Of a stretch of 45,135 bases of DNA, positions 44,908-45,135 are shown in pieces. The notes beneath the pieces are model-generated. The model was not told where the DNA came from and searched no databases. It saw nothing but the letters and a program-made list of their open reading frames with translations. The number at the start of each line of letters is the position of its first letter. The stretch's first letter is position 1. The stretch is from a virus (Duplodnaviria > Caudoviricetes). The stretch covers positions 1 through 45,135 of IMG/VR virus record IMGVR_UViG_3300017655_000007; one strand, 5' to 3'. The position numbers were made by a program, and so were the translations under genes.

Positions 44908-45135
44908 ATGTCCAGTCTTTCCGACCACACACCAATGATGCAGCAGTACTGGAAGCTGAAAAACCAGCACCCGGACCAGCTGATGTTCTACCGCATGGGC
45001 GACTTCTACGAGATCTTCTACGAAGATGCGAAAAAGGCCGCGAAACTGCTGGATATCACCCTGACCGCCCGCGGTCAGTCGGCCGGCCAGTCCATCCCCA
45101 TGTGCGGGATTCCGTTCCATTCGCTGGAAGGCTAC
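44908..45135 (+). CDS. mutS: DNA mismatch repair protein MutS, 5' part with phage-supplied start (runs off window)
   Basis: [41 protein letters not shown]...PMCGIPFH. Confidence 0.97.
   Translation, partial: MSSLSDHTPMMQQYWKLKNQHPDQLMFYRMGDFYEIFYEDAKKAAKLLDITLTARGQSAGQSIPMCGIPFHSLEGY
44916..44948 (+). repeat. attR (exact core at 44935-44948)
   Basis: Direct repeat of 294-326. Confidence 0.92.

Larger units (their letters stand above)
294..44948. mobile_element. Apparently complete temperate siphovirus prophage integrated in the 5' end of mutS
   Basis: Flanking direct repeats; integrase near the right end; full immunity, replication, packaging, head, tail and lysis modules with no obvious frameshifts. 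Confidence 0.95.

Noticed and set aside
44890-45120. Minus-strand 76-aa ORF
   Set aside because: Antisense to mutS
1-45135. tRNA genes, IS elements, diversity-generating retroelement, invertible tail-fibre segment
   Set aside because: No cloverleaf, transposase, reverse transcriptase, TR/VR pair or serine invertase seen by eye

Overview
The window holds one apparently complete ~44.6 kb lambdoid, HK97-like siphovirus prophage of a Pseudomonas host. The host assignment rests on the MutS N-terminus and the gene families. The prophage sits inside the 5' end of mutS, with the att core ATGATGCAGCAGTA at 313-326 and 44935-44948. The old mutS start is cut off by a stop codon at attL, and the phage supplies a new start ([13 protein letters not shown]) at attR. 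From left to right: a LexA-boxed two-gene operon; endolysin with embedded spanins; SGNH tailspike and tail genes with morons; head genes (protease-capsid fusion ahead of the portal); terminase, cos, HNH and holin; Q-like gene; a nin region with a second tyrosine recombinase; O/DnaC replication; the cro/cI switch with six operators; a long early operon; xis/int; and an AT-rich three-gene cassette next to attR. The early operon carries TerB, LuxR, SSB, an Rmf-like ORF, a PAPS-reductase-family protein, a two-frame C5 methyltransferase, Lar and a TGT/DpdA-like protein. The best candidates for new biology are (1) the attR three-gene cassette ending in a permuted papain-like enzyme, a candidate antiphage or toxin-antitoxin-chaperone system; (2) the DNA-modification/anti-restriction cluster with a nested two-subunit methyltransferase and a TGT-like protein; and (3) phage control of mutS. 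All family calls come from motif reading by eye; no database search was run.
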